Positions 1-10,296 are shown, numbered from the stretch's first letter. The stretch is DNA of 64,000 nucleotides from an uncultured Clostridia bacterium (GCA_944387885.1 CALXGR010000005.1:1149-65148), one strand, 5' to 3'. Program-made: numbers and translations. Notes: a model not told the origin generated them from the letters alone.

Positions 1-626
1 ACAATAGGCATGACCCCTGCGCTGATGGGCAGGTCCACCCCTGCTTTCCGTGCCATGTTCAGGAACCGGTAATACTTGGCATTGTCAAAAAACAGCTGGC
101 TGACCAGATGGCTCACCCCGGCCTCCTGCTTTACTTTCAGCATGGCCACATCCTGGGCCAGAGAGGGGCTTTCGGTGTGTCCCTCCGGGTAGCAGGCTCC
201 GGAAAGGCCGAAGCTGCCGTATTTTCCCCGGATGTAGGCGGACAGGTCGCTGGCGTGGGGGAATTCCCGGCTCAGAGGAAGATTGGGATTCTTATCTCCC
301 CGCAGGGCCAGCACATTCCGGATACCAGCCCCGAACAGCTGGTCCAGCACCTGGTCCACCTTCTGGGGGTCTGCCCCCATACAGGTCAGGTGAGCCAAAG
401 GCTCAATGCCCAGCTCATTCTTGATAAAGGAAGCAATCTGACAGGTGGAGATGCCTCCCGGGGCAGTACCTCCCGCCCCATAGGTCACGCTGATGTAGTC
501 GGGAGCCAGTTCCTTCATCTCCCGCAGGGTCTGCTGCATTTTGGGATAGTTATCCGCCACCTTGGGGGGAAAACATTCAATGGAAAAAACACAGGGTTTC
601 TGGGCAAACAGTTGGCGGATATACAT
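1..626 (-). CDS. metF: 5,10-methylenetetrahydrofolate reductase, N-terminal ~208 aa (3' end lies beyond the window start)
   Basis: Absent from the ORF track because no stop lies inside the window. My translation of the minus strand from the ATG at 626-624 gives MYIRQLFAQKPCVFSIECFPPK...YISVTYGAGGTAPGG...AHLTCMG...NVLALRGD...ACYPEGH, which carries MetF/MTHFR signatures. A GAGGT Shine-Dalgarno lies just upstream. Confidence 0.85.
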   Translation of the reverse strand, partial: MYIRQLFAQKPCVFSIECFPPKVADNYPKMQQTLREMKELAPDYISVTYGAGGTAPGGISTCQIASFIKNELGIEPLAHLTCMGADPQKVDQVLDQLFGAGIRNVLALRGDKNPNLPLSREFPHASDLSAYIRGKYGSFGLSGACYPEGHTESPSLAQDVAMLKVKQEAGVSHLVSQLFFDNAKYYRFLNMARKAGVDLPISAGVMPI

Positions 627-644
627 TTTCTTTTACCTCATTTA

Positions 645-3368
645 TCAAAAGGGAATTTCACTGGGGTCAGGGCCCTGGTTGTCGGCGGAGAGCTTCCGCT
701 CTGCCCACTGCTGCTTGGTCAACAGCACCTTCCGGGGCTTGGCTCCCTCAAAGGGACCAATCACCCCTTCCTGCTCCATCTCGTCCATGATCCGGGCAGC
801 CCGGGCATAGCCCAGCTTGCACCGGCGCTGGAGCAGGCTGGTGCTGGCCATGCCGGCATCAATGACCGCCTCCACGGCGGACTCAAACATGGGGTCGTGG
901 GAGGCCCCGCCCTCCTGGTCGTCATCCGAGCCGGAGCCGCCGTTCTTCCCGTTAGAACTCTGAGCGGCGATTCGCTCCACCTCGCTGATAAGCGCTTCAT
1001 CGTACTGGGCCTGGCCGCTCTCCTTGATAAAGTTCAGGCAGGCTTCGATTTCCTCGTCCTTCACAAAAGCGCCCTGTACCCGGACCGGCTTGTTGGCGCC
1101 GATGGGCATAAAGAGCATATCACCCATGCCCAGCAGCTTTTCCGCACCGGCGCCGTCCAGGATGGTGCGGCTGTCCACCTGGCTGGACACAGCGAAAGCG
1201 ATACGGCTGGGGATGTTGGCCTTGATCAGGCCGGTTACCACATCCACGCTGGGACGCTGGGTGGCTACAATCAGGTGCATGCCGGCGGCACGGGCTTTCT
1301 GGGCGATCCGGCAGATGTAATCTTCCACCTCTTTGCCGGACACCATCATCAGGTCTGCCAGCTCGTCAATGACAATGGCAATGTAGGGCATCTTCTCCAT
1401 GCCGGGAGTGGCTGCCGCTTTCCGGTTGTAGCTCTTGATTTCCCGGACATTGTTTTCCGCAAACTCCTTGTACCGCCGCTCCATCTCGGCTACGGCAGCG
1501 CCCAGGGCACCGGCAGCCTTCTTGGGCTCGGTGACCACCGGCATAAGCAGGTGAGGAATCCCGTTGTACTCGGCCAGCTCTACCACCTTGGGGTCAATGA
1601 GGATCAGCTTTACATCTTCAGGGCTGGACTTGTAAAGGAAGCTGATCAAGATGCTGTTGACACAGACAGACTTACCGCTGCCGGTAGAGCCCGCAATCAG
1701 CAAGTGGGGCATTCTGCAAAGATCTGCCACCTGGGCACTGCCTGCAATGTCCCGGCCCAGAGCCATGGTCAGAGGACTGGTGGACTTGGTAAAGTTCTGG
1801 CTTTCCAGAAGTCCCCGGATTCCCACAGGGGTCTTGACCCGGTTGGGGATCTCAATGCCCACGGCAGGCTTGCCGGGGATAGGCGCCTCGATACGGACTC
1901 CGGAGGCGGCCAGGTTAAGGGCAATGTCATCGGCCAGGCTGGTGATCCGGCTGATTTTTACTCCGGCCTGGGGCTGAAGCTCATACCGGGTCACAGAGGG
2001 ACCCCGGCAGATATCCAGAATCCGGGTCTTGACTCCGAAGCTGTCCAGGGTGTTGACCAGAACTTCTGCATTGTGGTTCATTTCCTGGGCAGCCCGGCTG
2101 TCATCCACTTCCTTGTTCACCTCAAAGAGGTCCAGGGGGGGATACCGGTAGGAGTTCACCTTCTGCTGGGTCTGGCTGGCAGTATCAGCGCTGTTCATGG
2201 CTGCGGTGTCCACCGCCTTCTGGACCAGGCTGGCGATTTCCGGGTCAGCCTTCTGGGCAGGCTGTTCCGGGACCGGAGCGGTTGCAGGGGCCGGGGCCGC
2301 CGGAGCAGGCTGAGCCACCGGAGAACGGGCCGCCATCATCTCGGCCATGGTGGGGGTTCTCATTTCCATGAGTTCCGCCATGGTTGCGGTCTCCTCCTGC
2401 TGCTCCTTGCCCACCTCCACTTCAAACTCCTGAGAGTGGCTGAGAGGATTCATTCCGAAGGTGCCGCCGGGGCCGATCTGGACCGGCTCCATCTCCTGGG
2501 TCCCGTCGGGCAGAGGGGCATCCACGTCATAAATGGCAATGGCATCATGGATGGGCATATCTTGAGGCCGCATTCCTTCCTGATGCTCCGGCTGAGGTTC
2601 CGGGTCGGGGCCCAGGTCCACATCAAAGCTGGCCCGGCGGCGCATATCCGCCGACTTCTGCCGCTGGGCAGCCAGCTGGCGCCGCCGCTCCATGGCTTCC
2701 TCCCGGGCCTGAGCCCGGCGGACATTGGCACTGGCATGGCGCTCCTCCCAGTTTTCCTGGGCGGGGCGTCCCTCCCCTTCCTCGGGGTCTCCCATAAAGC
2801 TGCGGCAGAACTCCCAAAGGTCAGCGGGGGTAATGGTGAAAATAATCATCAGGGCAATCACTGCCAGCAATGCCAGAATCAGGTTGGCCACCGGCCGCCC
2901 GCAAAGGGAAACCAGGCTGCCGCCCAGCACCGCACCGGCCACACCGCCGGACCACCAGGTTTCTCCGCCCTGCTGGAACAGGAGGGTGATGACCTCCCAG
3001 GCATTCTTAGCAGTCAGGTCCAGCCGGGAGAAAACGGTGGGGATAGCGCAGCAGGACAGCACTCCCAGAACCGCTTTTCCCACGGTTTTTCCAATGGGCC
3101 GCTTGCCTGCAATAAGATAGGCTATGTATACCAGGGCAATGGCCAGAGGGTAAAGTCCCAGACCCACCAGACCGAAGATCCATCCCCGCAGGGTGGCCCA
3201 GCCGGAATCTCCCTGGATAAAACCCATGGCCAGAAGAAGGAGTGCCAGCCCGAACAGGGGGATGCTCCAAATCTCTGAGATCTGACTTTTCCGGGCAGAT
3301 TTCTTCCTGGTGGAGGACCTGCTTCTTCCGGTCGTGGTCGTAGTTTTTTTCTTTGCTCTTGCCGCCAT
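645..3368 (-). CDS. ftsK: DNA translocase FtsK/SpoIIIE
   Basis: 907 aa ORF with N-terminal TM helices, a low-complexity linker and a C-terminal motor. Walker A is [12 protein letters not shown], followed by [30 protein letters not shown] and a winged-helix gamma domain ([21 protein letters not shown]). Confidence 0.95.
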   Translation of the reverse strand: MAARAKKKTTTTTGRSRSSTRKKSARKSQISEIWSIPLFGLALLLLAMGFIQGDSGWATLRGWIFGLVGLGLYPLAIALVYIAYLIAGKRPIGKTVGKAVLGVLSCCAIPTVFSRLDLTAKNAWEVITLLFQQGGETWWSGGVAGAVLGGSLVSLCGRPVANLILALLAVIALMIIFTITPADLWEFCRSFMGDPEEGEGRPAQENWEERHASANVRRAQAREEAMERRRQLAAQRQKSADMRRRASFDVDLGPDPEPQPEHQEGMRPQDMPIHDAIAIYDVDAPLPDGTQEMEPVQIGPGGTFGMNPLSHSQEFEVEVGKEQQEETATMAELMEMRTPTMAEMMAARSPVAQPAPAAPAPATAPVPEQPAQKADPEIASLVQKAVDTAAMNSADTASQTQQKVNSYRYPPLDLFEVNKEVDDSRAAQEMNHNAEVLVNTLDSFGVKTRILDICRGPSVTRYELQPQAGVKISRITSLADDIALNLAASGVRIEAPIPGKPAVGIEIPNRVKTPVGIRGLLESQNFTKSTSPLTMALGRDIAGSAQVADLCRMPHLLIAGSTGSGKSVCVNSILISFLYKSSPEDVKLILIDPKVVELAEYNGIPHLLMPVVTEPKKAAGALGAAVAEMERRYKEFAENNVREIKSYNRKAAATPGMEKMPYIAIVIDELADLMMVSGKEVEDYICRIAQKARAAGMHLIVATQRPSVDVVTGLIKANIPSRIAFAVSSQVDSRTILDGAGAEKLLGMGDMLFMPIGANKPVRVQGAFVKDEEIEACLNFIKESGQAQYDEALISEVERIAAQSSNGKNGGSGSDDDQEGGASHDPMFESAVEAVIDAGMASTSLLQRRCKLGYARAARIMDEMEQEGVIGPFEGAKPRKVLLTKQQWAERKLSADNQGPDPSEIPF

Positions 3369-3510
3369 CTTCCTTAAACTCCTTGTGCACTCTATCTTGA
3401 AAAGCCCCGGCCATTTGGCAACAGGGCATATGAAACCATTTTAACTTATCAAGTATATCACAAACTTTTCCGGTTGTAAAACCTTCCCCACCCATTGTTT
3501 CTATAATGTA

Positions 3511-3541
3511 ATTTAAAAAGGGAAGGTCAACCCTTCCCTTT
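3511..3541 (-). terminator. intrinsic terminator of tepA, overlapping its stop codon
   Basis: On the minus strand AAAGGGAAGG-GUUGA-CCUUCCCUUU is followed by UUUAAAU. Confidence 0.6.
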
Positions 3542-4255
3542 CCCTTCTGCCTTCTGCCGCTTGGCGATTTCTTTGTGAAGGTACTCCAGGGCATCGTTTA
3601 CACTGCCCAGCCGGTCTATGAGTCCCTCCTTTACTGCCTGTTCTCCCCCCAGCACGGTTCCCATATCCATTACCAGTTCCCCGGTATGGAGCATCAGTTC
3701 CCGGTACCTCTTGGCAGAAATACCGCTGTGCCGGACCACAAACCCGGTGATTCGTTCCTGCATCTGGTCAAAGTACCGCATGGTCTGGGGCACTCCCAAT
3801 ACCAGCCCACTGTGCCGGACCGGATGAACGGTCATGGTGGCAGTGGGGACAATAAAGCTTCTGTGAGCGCTCACCGCCAGGGGGATTCCAATGGAGTGTC
3901 CTCCTCCCAGCACCAGGCTGGCACTGGGCTTGTTCACCCCGGCAATCAGTTCGGCCAGGGCAAGCCCTGCCTCCACATCTCCCCCCACCGTGTTCAGGAT
4001 GACCAGCAGCCCCTGGATTTCCGGGTCCTCCTGGATGTCAATGATCTGGGGGATGACATGCTCATACTTGGTGGCCTTCTGGCCCTGAGGCGCTGCCGTA
4101 TGCCCCTCTATCTGACCGATGACGGTCAGGCAGTGGATGGAATGTCTTCCCTTGGTCCGGATCAGACTGCCCGTATCCAGCAAAAATTCCTGTTCCAGCC
4201 GTTCCTGCTCCACCTGAGCATCGGTAAGGTCAAGTTCTGCTTTGGTTCGATTCAT
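3527..4255 (-). CDS. tepA: ClpP-fold translocation-enhancing protein TepA
   Basis: 242 aa. The ClpP/crotonase-like core reads LTVIGQIEGH...ILNTVGGDVEAGLALAELI...GGGHSIGIPLAVS...MTVHPVR. Its position beside ftsK/spoIIIE matches Bacillus. Confidence 0.8.
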   Translation of the reverse strand: MNRTKAELDLTDAQVEQERLEQEFLLDTGSLIRTKGRHSIHCLTVIGQIEGHTAAPQGQKATKYEHVIPQIIDIQEDPEIQGLLVILNTVGGDVEAGLALAELIAGVNKPSASLVLGGGHSIGIPLAVSAHRSFIVPTATMTVHPVRHSGLVLGVPQTMRYFDQMQERITGFVVRHSGISAKRYRELMLHTGELVMDMGTVLGGEQAVKEGLIDRLGSVNDALEYLHKEIAKRQKAEGKGKG

Positions 4256-4334
4256 CTTTTTCCCTCCTTCTTCTGTTCAGTATGCCCCGCCAAAATCCTT
4301 TTACACCCTTTCCACAGACATCTTTGACAAACAT

Positions 4335-4362
4335 TTGACAAATATGGGCAGGATGTTATAAT
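4335..4362 (+). promoter_or_regulatory. sigma-A-like promoter of rex (TTGACA-16-TATAAT, TG at -15)
   Basis: TTGACA at 4335-4340 and TATAAT at 4357-4362. A second TTGACAA copy lies 11 nt upstream (4324-4330). Confidence 0.55.
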
Positions 4363-4428
4363 TAAAAGGAAGACAACGGGAAAGGCATTTCCCTTTTATT
4401 AGATTTTAAGAAAGACAGGTGTCGTCCC

Positions 4429-5064
4429 ATGACCTCCTCCAACAAGCCCGCTTTGCCGGTGATTCGCCGTCTGCCCAAATATTATCGGTATCTCATCAAT
4501 ATGCAGCAGGCGGGAAAGAAAAATGTATCTTCCAGTGAGCTGTCCCGAATTATGGGCACCACCGCCAGCCAGGTCCGCCAGGATTTCAACTCCTTTGGCG
4601 GATTCGGCCAGCAGGGCATCGGATACAAGGTGGACACCCTGGTCACCGAGATTCGCCATCTCCTTTTTGGAGACGGTCAGCCCCTGCCCACCATCCTGAT
4701 TGGTGCCGGACGGCTGGGTACTGCGGTCAGCCAGTTCCTGGTCCGGGATGCCAACGGCTACAGCCTTCTGGCTGCCTTCGACAATAACCCGGAACTGGTG
4801 GGGAAAACCCTGGGCGGCATTCCCATCCGTCACGTGGATGAACTGCGCAGCTTCTGCAGCCAGTACCACCCCCAGGTGGCAGTCCTCTGCCTTCCCCGGG
4901 AAGGTGCCACCCAGCTCAGCTCCACACTGGTAGAGATGGGGGTCAAGGGATTCTGGAACTTCAGTCATTACGATCTTTCCGTAGATTATCCTCAGGTCAT
5001 GGTGGAAAATGTTCACCTGGGAGACAGCCTGATGAGCCTGGGCTACCACATGCGGAATCTGTAA
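4429..5064 (+). CDS. rex: redox-sensing transcriptional repressor Rex
   Basis: 211 aa. N-terminal winged helix reads IRRLPKYYRYL...SSELS...TASQVRQDFNSFGGFGQQGIGY, followed by the Rossmann motif LIGAGRLG. Confidence 0.92.
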   Translation: MTSSNKPALPVIRRLPKYYRYLINMQQAGKKNVSSSELSRIMGTTASQVRQDFNSFGGFGQQGIGYKVDTLVTEIRHLLFGDGQPLPTILIGAGRLGTAVSQFLVRDANGYSLLAAFDNNPELVGKTLGGIPIRHVDELRSFCSQYHPQVAVLCLPREGATQLSSTLVEMGVKGFWNFSHYDLSVDYPQVMVENVHLGDSLMSLGYHMRNL

Positions 5065-5074
5065 AGGAGTAAAA

Positions 5075-5668
5075 ATGGCAAAGCTTTATTTCCGATACGG
5101 GGCCATGAACAGCGGCAAAAGCACCGCCCTCATGCAGGTGGCCTACAATTACGAGGAGCGGGGGCTTCGGGTCCTGATCCTCAAACCCAGCGTTGACACC
5201 AAAGGGGATGATTGCCTGGTCAGCCGACTGGGGGTCACCCGAAAGGTAGACCACCTTGTCACCCCTCAGGACAACATTCTTTTCCTGGTGGCCGAGCAGG
5301 CTGCCAAGGGCCCCAAGCTGGCTTGCGTTCTCTGCGACGAAAGCCAGTTCTTCACCGCTGAACAGGCAGAGCAGCTGTTTATGGTCACAGTGGACCTGGG
5401 GATCCCGGTCATCTGCTATGGCCTGCGCACCGACTTTGCCATGCGGGGCTTTCCCGGCTCCACCCGGCTTCTGGAACTGGCCCACACCATTGAGGAGATG
5501 AAAACCATCTGCACCTGCGGGCGGAAAGCCACCTGCAACGCCCGGAAGGTGGGCGGCAGATTCATCTTTGAGGGAGCCCAGGTAGCCATCGACATGGAGA
5601 ACAGCGTGGAGTATCAGAGTCTCTGTCCCCAGTGTTACTTTGAGGAACGGCGAAAAGCCCGCAAATAA
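5075..5668 (+). CDS. tdk: thymidine kinase
   Basis: 197 aa. P-loop GAMNSGKST, a DESQFF-type motif (CDESQFF) and a C-terminal zinc ribbon CTCGRKA...CPQC. Confidence 0.95.
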   Translation: MAKLYFRYGAMNSGKSTALMQVAYNYEERGLRVLILKPSVDTKGDDCLVSRLGVTRKVDHLVTPQDNILFLVAEQAAKGPKLACVLCDESQFFTAEQAEQLFMVTVDLGIPVICYGLRTDFAMRGFPGSTRLLELAHTIEEMKTICTCGRKATCNARKVGGRFIFEGAQVAIDMENSVEYQSLCPQCYFEERRKARK

Positions 5669-5680
5669 GACAATTCACTC

Positions 5681-5707
5681 AAGGACCGGTTTTCCGGTCC
5701 TTTTTTC
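5681..5707 (+). terminator. intrinsic terminator after tdk
   Basis: GGACCGG-tttt-CCGGTCC is followed by TTTTTT. Confidence 0.85.
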
Positions 5708-5710
5708 TTT

Positions 5711-5731
5711 GCAAAATAGCACATATTTTGC
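5711..5731. promoter_or_regulatory. perfect palindrome GCAAAATA-gcaca-TATTTTGC, candidate operator; shares a 16-mer with 10339-10354
   Basis: 8-bp inverted arms read directly from the sequence. ATAGCACATATTTTGC (5716-5731) is identical to 10339-10354, and GCACAAATTTTG at 5864-5875 is a 1-mismatch copy of the core. Confidence 0.4.
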
Positions 5732-6065
5732 GCTTCCAACAAAGTAAACGCTCAAAAATTGTTTTTTGTCAAGATTGCCTATTATTTTCCACAATTCAGC
5801 TCTTAATGTCGGGTTATTGCCTTTTTCTCTCCTTTTTGAGCCGTTTTTTCAATTTGTCAACATGCACAAATTTTGTTTTTAGGGGTGGTAAAAAGTGACG
5901 GGTTGCCCAATTTGACCTTCAAAACTAAGGCAAAAAATGTTCGTTTTTTATGGCAATCGTTCGTTTTGGAACTTTTTGTTTACGGGTGGCTTTGGTATTA
6001 TAAACTCATAGGAAACTGTTTCGGTATGTTTCCATTTCTATTTACATTTATAGGAGGAAAACACA

Positions 6066-7391
6066 ATGAAAAAACTGCTTGCATTGCTGCTGGCTTTGGT
6101 CATGTGCTGCGGTCTGCTGGCTGGCTGCGGAAGCATGACCCAGGGAACCGGCGGTCCTGCTGACAGCGAGACTGCTGATACCGGCAGCACCGAGCCCGTG
6201 ACCTACGAGCTGTCCGAGACCCCCGTTACCCTGAGCATCAGCTGGTGGGGCGGCGACTCCCGCCACACCGCTTACCAGGAGGCCATTGCCGCTTTCGTAG
6301 AGGCAACCCCCAGCGTTGAGGAAGTCACCGTTGACTTCGGCGCCTGGTCCGGCTGGGAAGACAAGATGTCCACCTACTTTGCTTCCGGCACTGCTGCTGA
6401 CGTCTGCCAGGTCAACTGGAACTGGCTGACCAGCTACTCCAGCAACGGCCAGACCTTCATGGATCTGAACGATCTGTCCGAGTTCCTGGACCTGACCCAG
6501 TTTGATGAGAACGCTCTGGCTCAGTGCACCGTTGCCGGCGCTCTCCAGTGCGTGCCCGCCGCCATGACCGGCCGTATCTTCTACTGGAACTCCGAGACCT
6601 TCGAGAAGGTCGGCGTGGAGATCCCCACCAGCTACGAAGAGCTGATTGCCGCCGGCCAGGCTTTTGCCGAGTTTGAAGATGGCAGCTACTACCCCACCGC
6701 CCTGGGCGAGTATGACCGGATGATCCTGATGGTCTACTACCTGGAAAGCATCTACGGCAAGGACTGGGTAGTTGACGGTGCTCTCAACTATTCCGAGGAA
6801 GAGATCATCGAAGGGCTGGAGTTCATCCAGACCCTGGAAGACAACCATGTTACCCCCACCATCCAGCAGATTCTGGGCGACGGCGCCGAGTCTCTGGACA
6901 AGAACCCCAAGTGGATGGACGGCCGTTACGCCGGCATCTTTGAGTGGGATTCTTCCGCTTCCAAGTTCCATGGTGCTCTGAACAACCCCGACGCCTTTGT
7001 TGTAGGCGACGAGCTGGGCACCGGCGGCTTCACCAAGGTCGCCCTGGGTCTGGCCATTACCAAGACCTGTGAGCATCCCGCCGAGGCTGCTCTCCTCATC
7101 GATTACCTGCTGAACGGCGAAGGCGCTGCCATCATGGGCAGCCAGCTGGGTATTCCCCTGTCCAAGTCCGGTCTGGAAGCTGCCGGCGATGCTGTTGATG
7201 CGCTCACCGCTGAGGCCAACAGCAAGGTTCTGGCTTCCTGCACCAACTCTCTGGATCCCAAGTTCGAGGATTCTGCCCTCAAGGCTTCTGACGGCGTCTA
7301 CTACGACGTTATGGCCGGCCTGAGCTACGGCGACTACTCTGTCGAGGAAGCTGCCGGCATCCTCATTGACGGCATCGAAGGCGTTCTGTAA
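6066..7391 (+). CDS. extracellular solute-binding lipoprotein of a CUT1-type carbohydrate ABC importer
   Basis: 441 aa. Signal peptide with lipobox LLAGC-GS and a family-1 SBP-like body. It is followed by two MalF/MalG-type permeases. RBS is AGGAGGAAAA. Confidence 0.85.
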   Translation: MKKLLALLLALVMCCGLLAGCGSMTQGTGGPADSETADTGSTEPVTYELSETPVTLSISWWGGDSRHTAYQEAIAAFVEATPSVEEVTVDFGAWSGWEDKMSTYFASGTAADVCQVNWNWLTSYSSNGQTFMDLNDLSEFLDLTQFDENALAQCTVAGALQCVPAAMTGRIFYWNSETFEKVGVEIPTSYEELIAAGQAFAEFEDGSYYPTALGEYDRMILMVYYLESIYGKDWVVDGALNYSEEEIIEGLEFIQTLEDNHVTPTIQQILGDGAESLDKNPKWMDGRYAGIFEWDSSASKFHGALNNPDAFVVGDELGTGGFTKVALGLAITKTCEHPAEAALLIDYLLNGEGAAIMGSQLGIPLSKSGLEAAGDAVDALTAEANSKVLASCTNSLDPKFEDSALKASDGVYYDVMAGLSYGDYSVEEAAGILIDGIEGVL

Positions 7392-7508
7392 CCCTTTCGA
7401 GAAGATAACCTGACGGTTTAAAATTGGCGGCCGGGCTTGCCGCGTGGCCTCCGGGCTCACTGCTTTCCCGGCTGCCTTTTTTAGAAAAAGAAAGAGGAGG
7501 ATAACAGA

Positions 7509-8426
7509 ATGAAGAATTCTGTACCCCAGGTGCAGGGCCGTTCTGCCGCCCGCAAGTGGCTGGACAACAATCTCGGCTTGCTCTACATCCTGCCCTGGAT
7601 CATCGGTTTCTTAGTATTCAAGGCCTACCCCTTCGGGCTGTCTCTGTTCTACAGCTTTACTGATATGAACCTGTTCAACGGGATCAGCGAATACGGCCTG
7701 ATGAACTATATTGAGATTTTCAACACTGCCAAGATCACCAAGGCTCTGATTGTTACCGCTAAATATTCCTTCATCACCGTTCCCCTGAAACTGGCCTTTG
7801 CCTTGTTCATCGCTTACATTCTGAACTTCAACATCAAGTTCGTGAATGCCTTCCGTACTGCTTACTATGTACCTTCCATCCTGGGCGGCTCCGTTGCAAT
7901 TGCCGTGCTCTGGAAGGCTCTGTTCCGTGACGAAGGCATGGTCAATACCCTGCTGAGCTACTTTGGGGTCACCGGTCCCAGCTGGCTTTCCGACCCGGAC
8001 TATGCCCTGTTCATCATCTGCTTTTTGCGTGTCTGGCAGTTTGGTTCCGCCATGGTGCTGTTCCTGGCTGCTCTGAAGGGCGTTCCCGCAGACGTGTATG
8101 AAGCCGCCACCATTGACGGCGCCGGAAAGTGGAAGCAGTTCTTCAGCATCACTGTTCCCATGATCACCCCCGTTATCTTCTACAACCTGGTCACTCAGAT
8201 CTGCCAGGCTTTCCAGGAATTCAACGGGCCTTACATCATTACCAACGGCGGTCCCCGCGGTTCCACCACTCTGGTTTCTCTGCTGGTTTACCAGTACGCT
8301 TTCAAGCAGCAGGAGATGGGTATGGCTTCTGCCATCGCCTGGGTCATGTTCATCATCTGCGCTGTACTGACCATCGTTGCCTTCACCAGCCAGAAGAAGT
8401 GGGTCTACTACTCTGACGAAAGGTAA
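7509..8426 (+). CDS. carbohydrate ABC transporter permease (MalF/UgpA-like)
   Basis: 305 aa, 6 predicted TM helices, with an EAA-type loop (YEAATIDGAGKWKQFFSITVP). Confidence 0.9.
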   Translation: MKNSVPQVQGRSAARKWLDNNLGLLYILPWIIGFLVFKAYPFGLSLFYSFTDMNLFNGISEYGLMNYIEIFNTAKITKALIVTAKYSFITVPLKLAFALFIAYILNFNIKFVNAFRTAYYVPSILGGSVAIAVLWKALFRDEGMVNTLLSYFGVTGPSWLSDPDYALFIICFLRVWQFGSAMVLFLAALKGVPADVYEAATIDGAGKWKQFFSITVPMITPVIFYNLVTQICQAFQEFNGPYIITNGGPRGSTTLVSLLVYQYAFKQQEMGMASAIAWVMFIICAVLTIVAFTSQKKWVYYSDER

Positions 8427-8431
8427 GGTGA

Positions 8432-9295
8432 ATGAGTATGGGAATGAAAGCACAAAATCGCATTGCTACCTTCTTCAAATACTTTGTTCTCCTGCTGGTA
8501 GGCCTGATTATGATCTATCCTCTGCTCTGGATGGTCAGCGCCACCTTCAAAGAGAACAATGAGATTTTTGCCGGAATCGGTCTGTGGGTCAAGAACCCCA
8601 CTCTCCAGGGCTACAAGGACGCCCTGAATAACTACGGCGGTTCCATCAATATCATCACCGCCATGCTGAACACCTACAGCTATGTTATCCCTAAGGTGAT
8701 CTGCACCGTGGTTTCCTCCGCCATTGCCGCTTACGGTTTTGGCCGGTTCAACTTTGTAGGCAAGAAGGTTCTGTTCGGCATTATGATCTCCACCCTCTTC
8801 CTGCCCCAGGTAGTTCTGAACGTACCTCAGTTCATGCTCTACAATGCTCTGGGCTGGGTGGACAGCCCCTTCTATCTGGCAATCTGGTTCCATACCCTCT
8901 TTGCCACCGAAACTTACTTTGTATATCAGCTGATTCAGTTCATGCGTTCCATCCCTGTGGACCTGGACGAGGCCGCCAAGATCGACGGCTGCGGCAGTTT
9001 CAAGATTCTGTACAAGATCATCTGCCCCATGCTGATGCCCGCTCTGGTCAGCTGTGCGCTGTTCCAGTTCATGTGGTCCTGCAACGACTTTATGGGTCCC
9101 CTGCTCTATGTGGCCACTCCCACCAAATACCCCATGTCCCTCTTCGTCAAGCTGTCCATGGACGCTGACGTGGGCTTCTCCTGGAACCGGGTTCTGGCTC
9201 TCAGCCTGATCTCCATCCTGCCTCAGCTCATCGTCTTCTTCTGCGCTCAGGACCAGTTTGTAGAAGGCATCTCCGCCGGCGGCGTCAAGGGTTAA
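8432..9295 (+). CDS. carbohydrate ABC transporter permease (MalG/UgpE-like)
   Basis: 287 aa with EAA loop DLDEAAKIDGCGSFKILYKIICP. The start is 5 nt after the upstream permease stop. Confidence 0.9.
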   Translation: MSMGMKAQNRIATFFKYFVLLLVGLIMIYPLLWMVSATFKENNEIFAGIGLWVKNPTLQGYKDALNNYGGSINIITAMLNTYSYVIPKVICTVVSSAIAAYGFGRFNFVGKKVLFGIMISTLFLPQVVLNVPQFMLYNALGWVDSPFYLAIWFHTLFATETYFVYQLIQFMRSIPVDLDEAAKIDGCGSFKILYKIICPMLMPALVSCALFQFMWSCNDFMGPLLYVATPTKYPMSLFVKLSMDADVGFSWNRVLALSLISILPQLIVFFCAQDQFVEGISAGGVKG

Positions 9296-9323
9296 GCAAC
9301 GCCCCGCCATTGGCATCTGATTG

Positions 9324-9372
9324 AAAAGCAGCTGCCCCGTACCTGTTCGGGGGTACGGGGCAGCAATTTTTT
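9324..9372. terminator. bidirectional intrinsic terminator between the permease and the convergent AraC gene
   Basis: 13-bp stem GCTGCCCCGTACC / GGTACGGGGCAGC, flanked by an A-run upstream and TTTTTT downstream. Confidence 0.85.
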
Positions 9373-9435
9373 ATCTGTGTTTTTTGTTTTTCCCATTTCA
9401 TCAGTTTTTTCTGGCGGGATGGGAAAAGGGAAAAA

Positions 9436-10296
9436 TCAATTCTCTTGTTTCTTTTGTTCCTTTACATTTTTCCGATAACTCTGAGGGTTGATTCCGGTGG
9501 CCTCCTTGAAGACCCGCCGGAAATGCGCCGCCGTGGCGAAGCCTGTTTTCTCCGCCACGTCCGAGATTTTTACCTCCCCTGCCTCCAGCAGGTTCTGGGC
9601 CGCCTTGATTCGGACGCCGTTCACATACTCCACCAGAGAAAGGTTGACGGTTTTCTTGAACAGTCTGCTCAGATAATAGGGGCTGATATAAAACTGCGCT
9701 GCCAGCCCTTTCAGGGTTATGGGCTCCGCATAGTGGAGAGATATGTAACTCTGGATGCTGTCCACCAGGGTGTTGGTCACCTTCCGGGATTCTTCCGCCT
9801 TCTGCTTTGTCCGGAGAGCTTCCAGGAAAAGCAGAAGACAGGCCAGCTGCATTTTACAGAAAGCCTGGGATTCCGGAGTATCATCCTTGGCGCTGGAAAT
9901 CATCTGGTTCAAACTGTGGTATACTTGAGATTGATCCTTGACACTCAGTTTCAGAACTCTTGCATCTCCCTGGAACAATCCTGTAAAATTTACCTGAGGG
10001 AACATTTCCCGCAGTTCTTTCAGATAATGTTCATCGAAATTGCAAACGATTCGGCTGTTGCTGTCGTTGTTGACGGCACTGGTTTTGTGGATCTGATTTT
10101 TGTTGATCAGCACCACATCCCCTGCGTTGACCAGGTATGCGCCGTCCTCAATGAAATACCTCCGGGTCCCCTCGATCTCATAGTATATTTCATACTGATC
10201 GTGAATATGGAAGCTGGCCATACTGTATCCTTCGGTACGGTTCATACGGTCAATATAGAAACCCTGGTGATTGGACCATTCTGCATCTATCCGCAT
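9436..10296 (-). CDS. AraC family transcriptional regulator (N-terminal cupin sensor plus C-terminal double HTH)
   Basis: The ORF track starts at 10347. I prefer the ATG at 10296 (MRIDAEW...), which is preceded by GGGGAGAGGAA. The C-terminus has the AraC HTH (AEKTGFATAAHFRRVFKEATGINPQSYRK). The gene is visibly AT-rich: 24/60 G+C in one line I counted. Confidence 0.85.
   Translation of the reverse strand: MRIDAEWSNHQGFYIDRMNRTEGYSMASFHIHDQYEIYYEIEGTRRYFIEDGAYLVNAGDVVLINKNQIHKTSAVNNDSNSRIVCNFDEHYLKELREMFPQVNFTGLFQGDARVLKLSVKDQSQVYHSLNQMISSAKDDTPESQAFCKMQLACLLLFLEALRTKQKAEESRKVTNTLVDSIQSYISLHYAEPITLKGLAAQFYISPYYLSRLFKKTVNLSLVEYVNGVRIKAAQNLLEAGEVKISDVAEKTGFATAAHFRRVFKEATGINPQSYRKNVKEQKKQEN

Noticed and set aside
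108-3278. 1056-aa plus-strand ORF covering the whole ftsK region. Similar very long antisense ORFs occur at 17710-22482 (1590 aa, opposite gltB), 37121-39520, 39533-41443 and 41226-43436 (opposite the polysaccharide genes), and also at 11334-13004 and 6048-7460.
   Set aside because: Each lies exactly antisense to a gene with unmistakable family motifs. Their translations are low-complexity (Gly/Leu/His/Gln/Pro-rich) and show no recognisable domains or credible RBS. Stop-poor antisense frames are expected in GC-rich, codon-biased genes, so I treat them as artefacts.
4324-4340. Tandem TTGACAA-N4-TTGACAA at the rex promoter, considered as a Rex autoregulatory operator.
   Set aside because: Rex boxes are inverted repeats (TTGTGAA-N4-TTCACAA type). 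Here the two halves are direct repeats, and only the right half resembles a Rex half-site. The second copy is more simply the -35 element.
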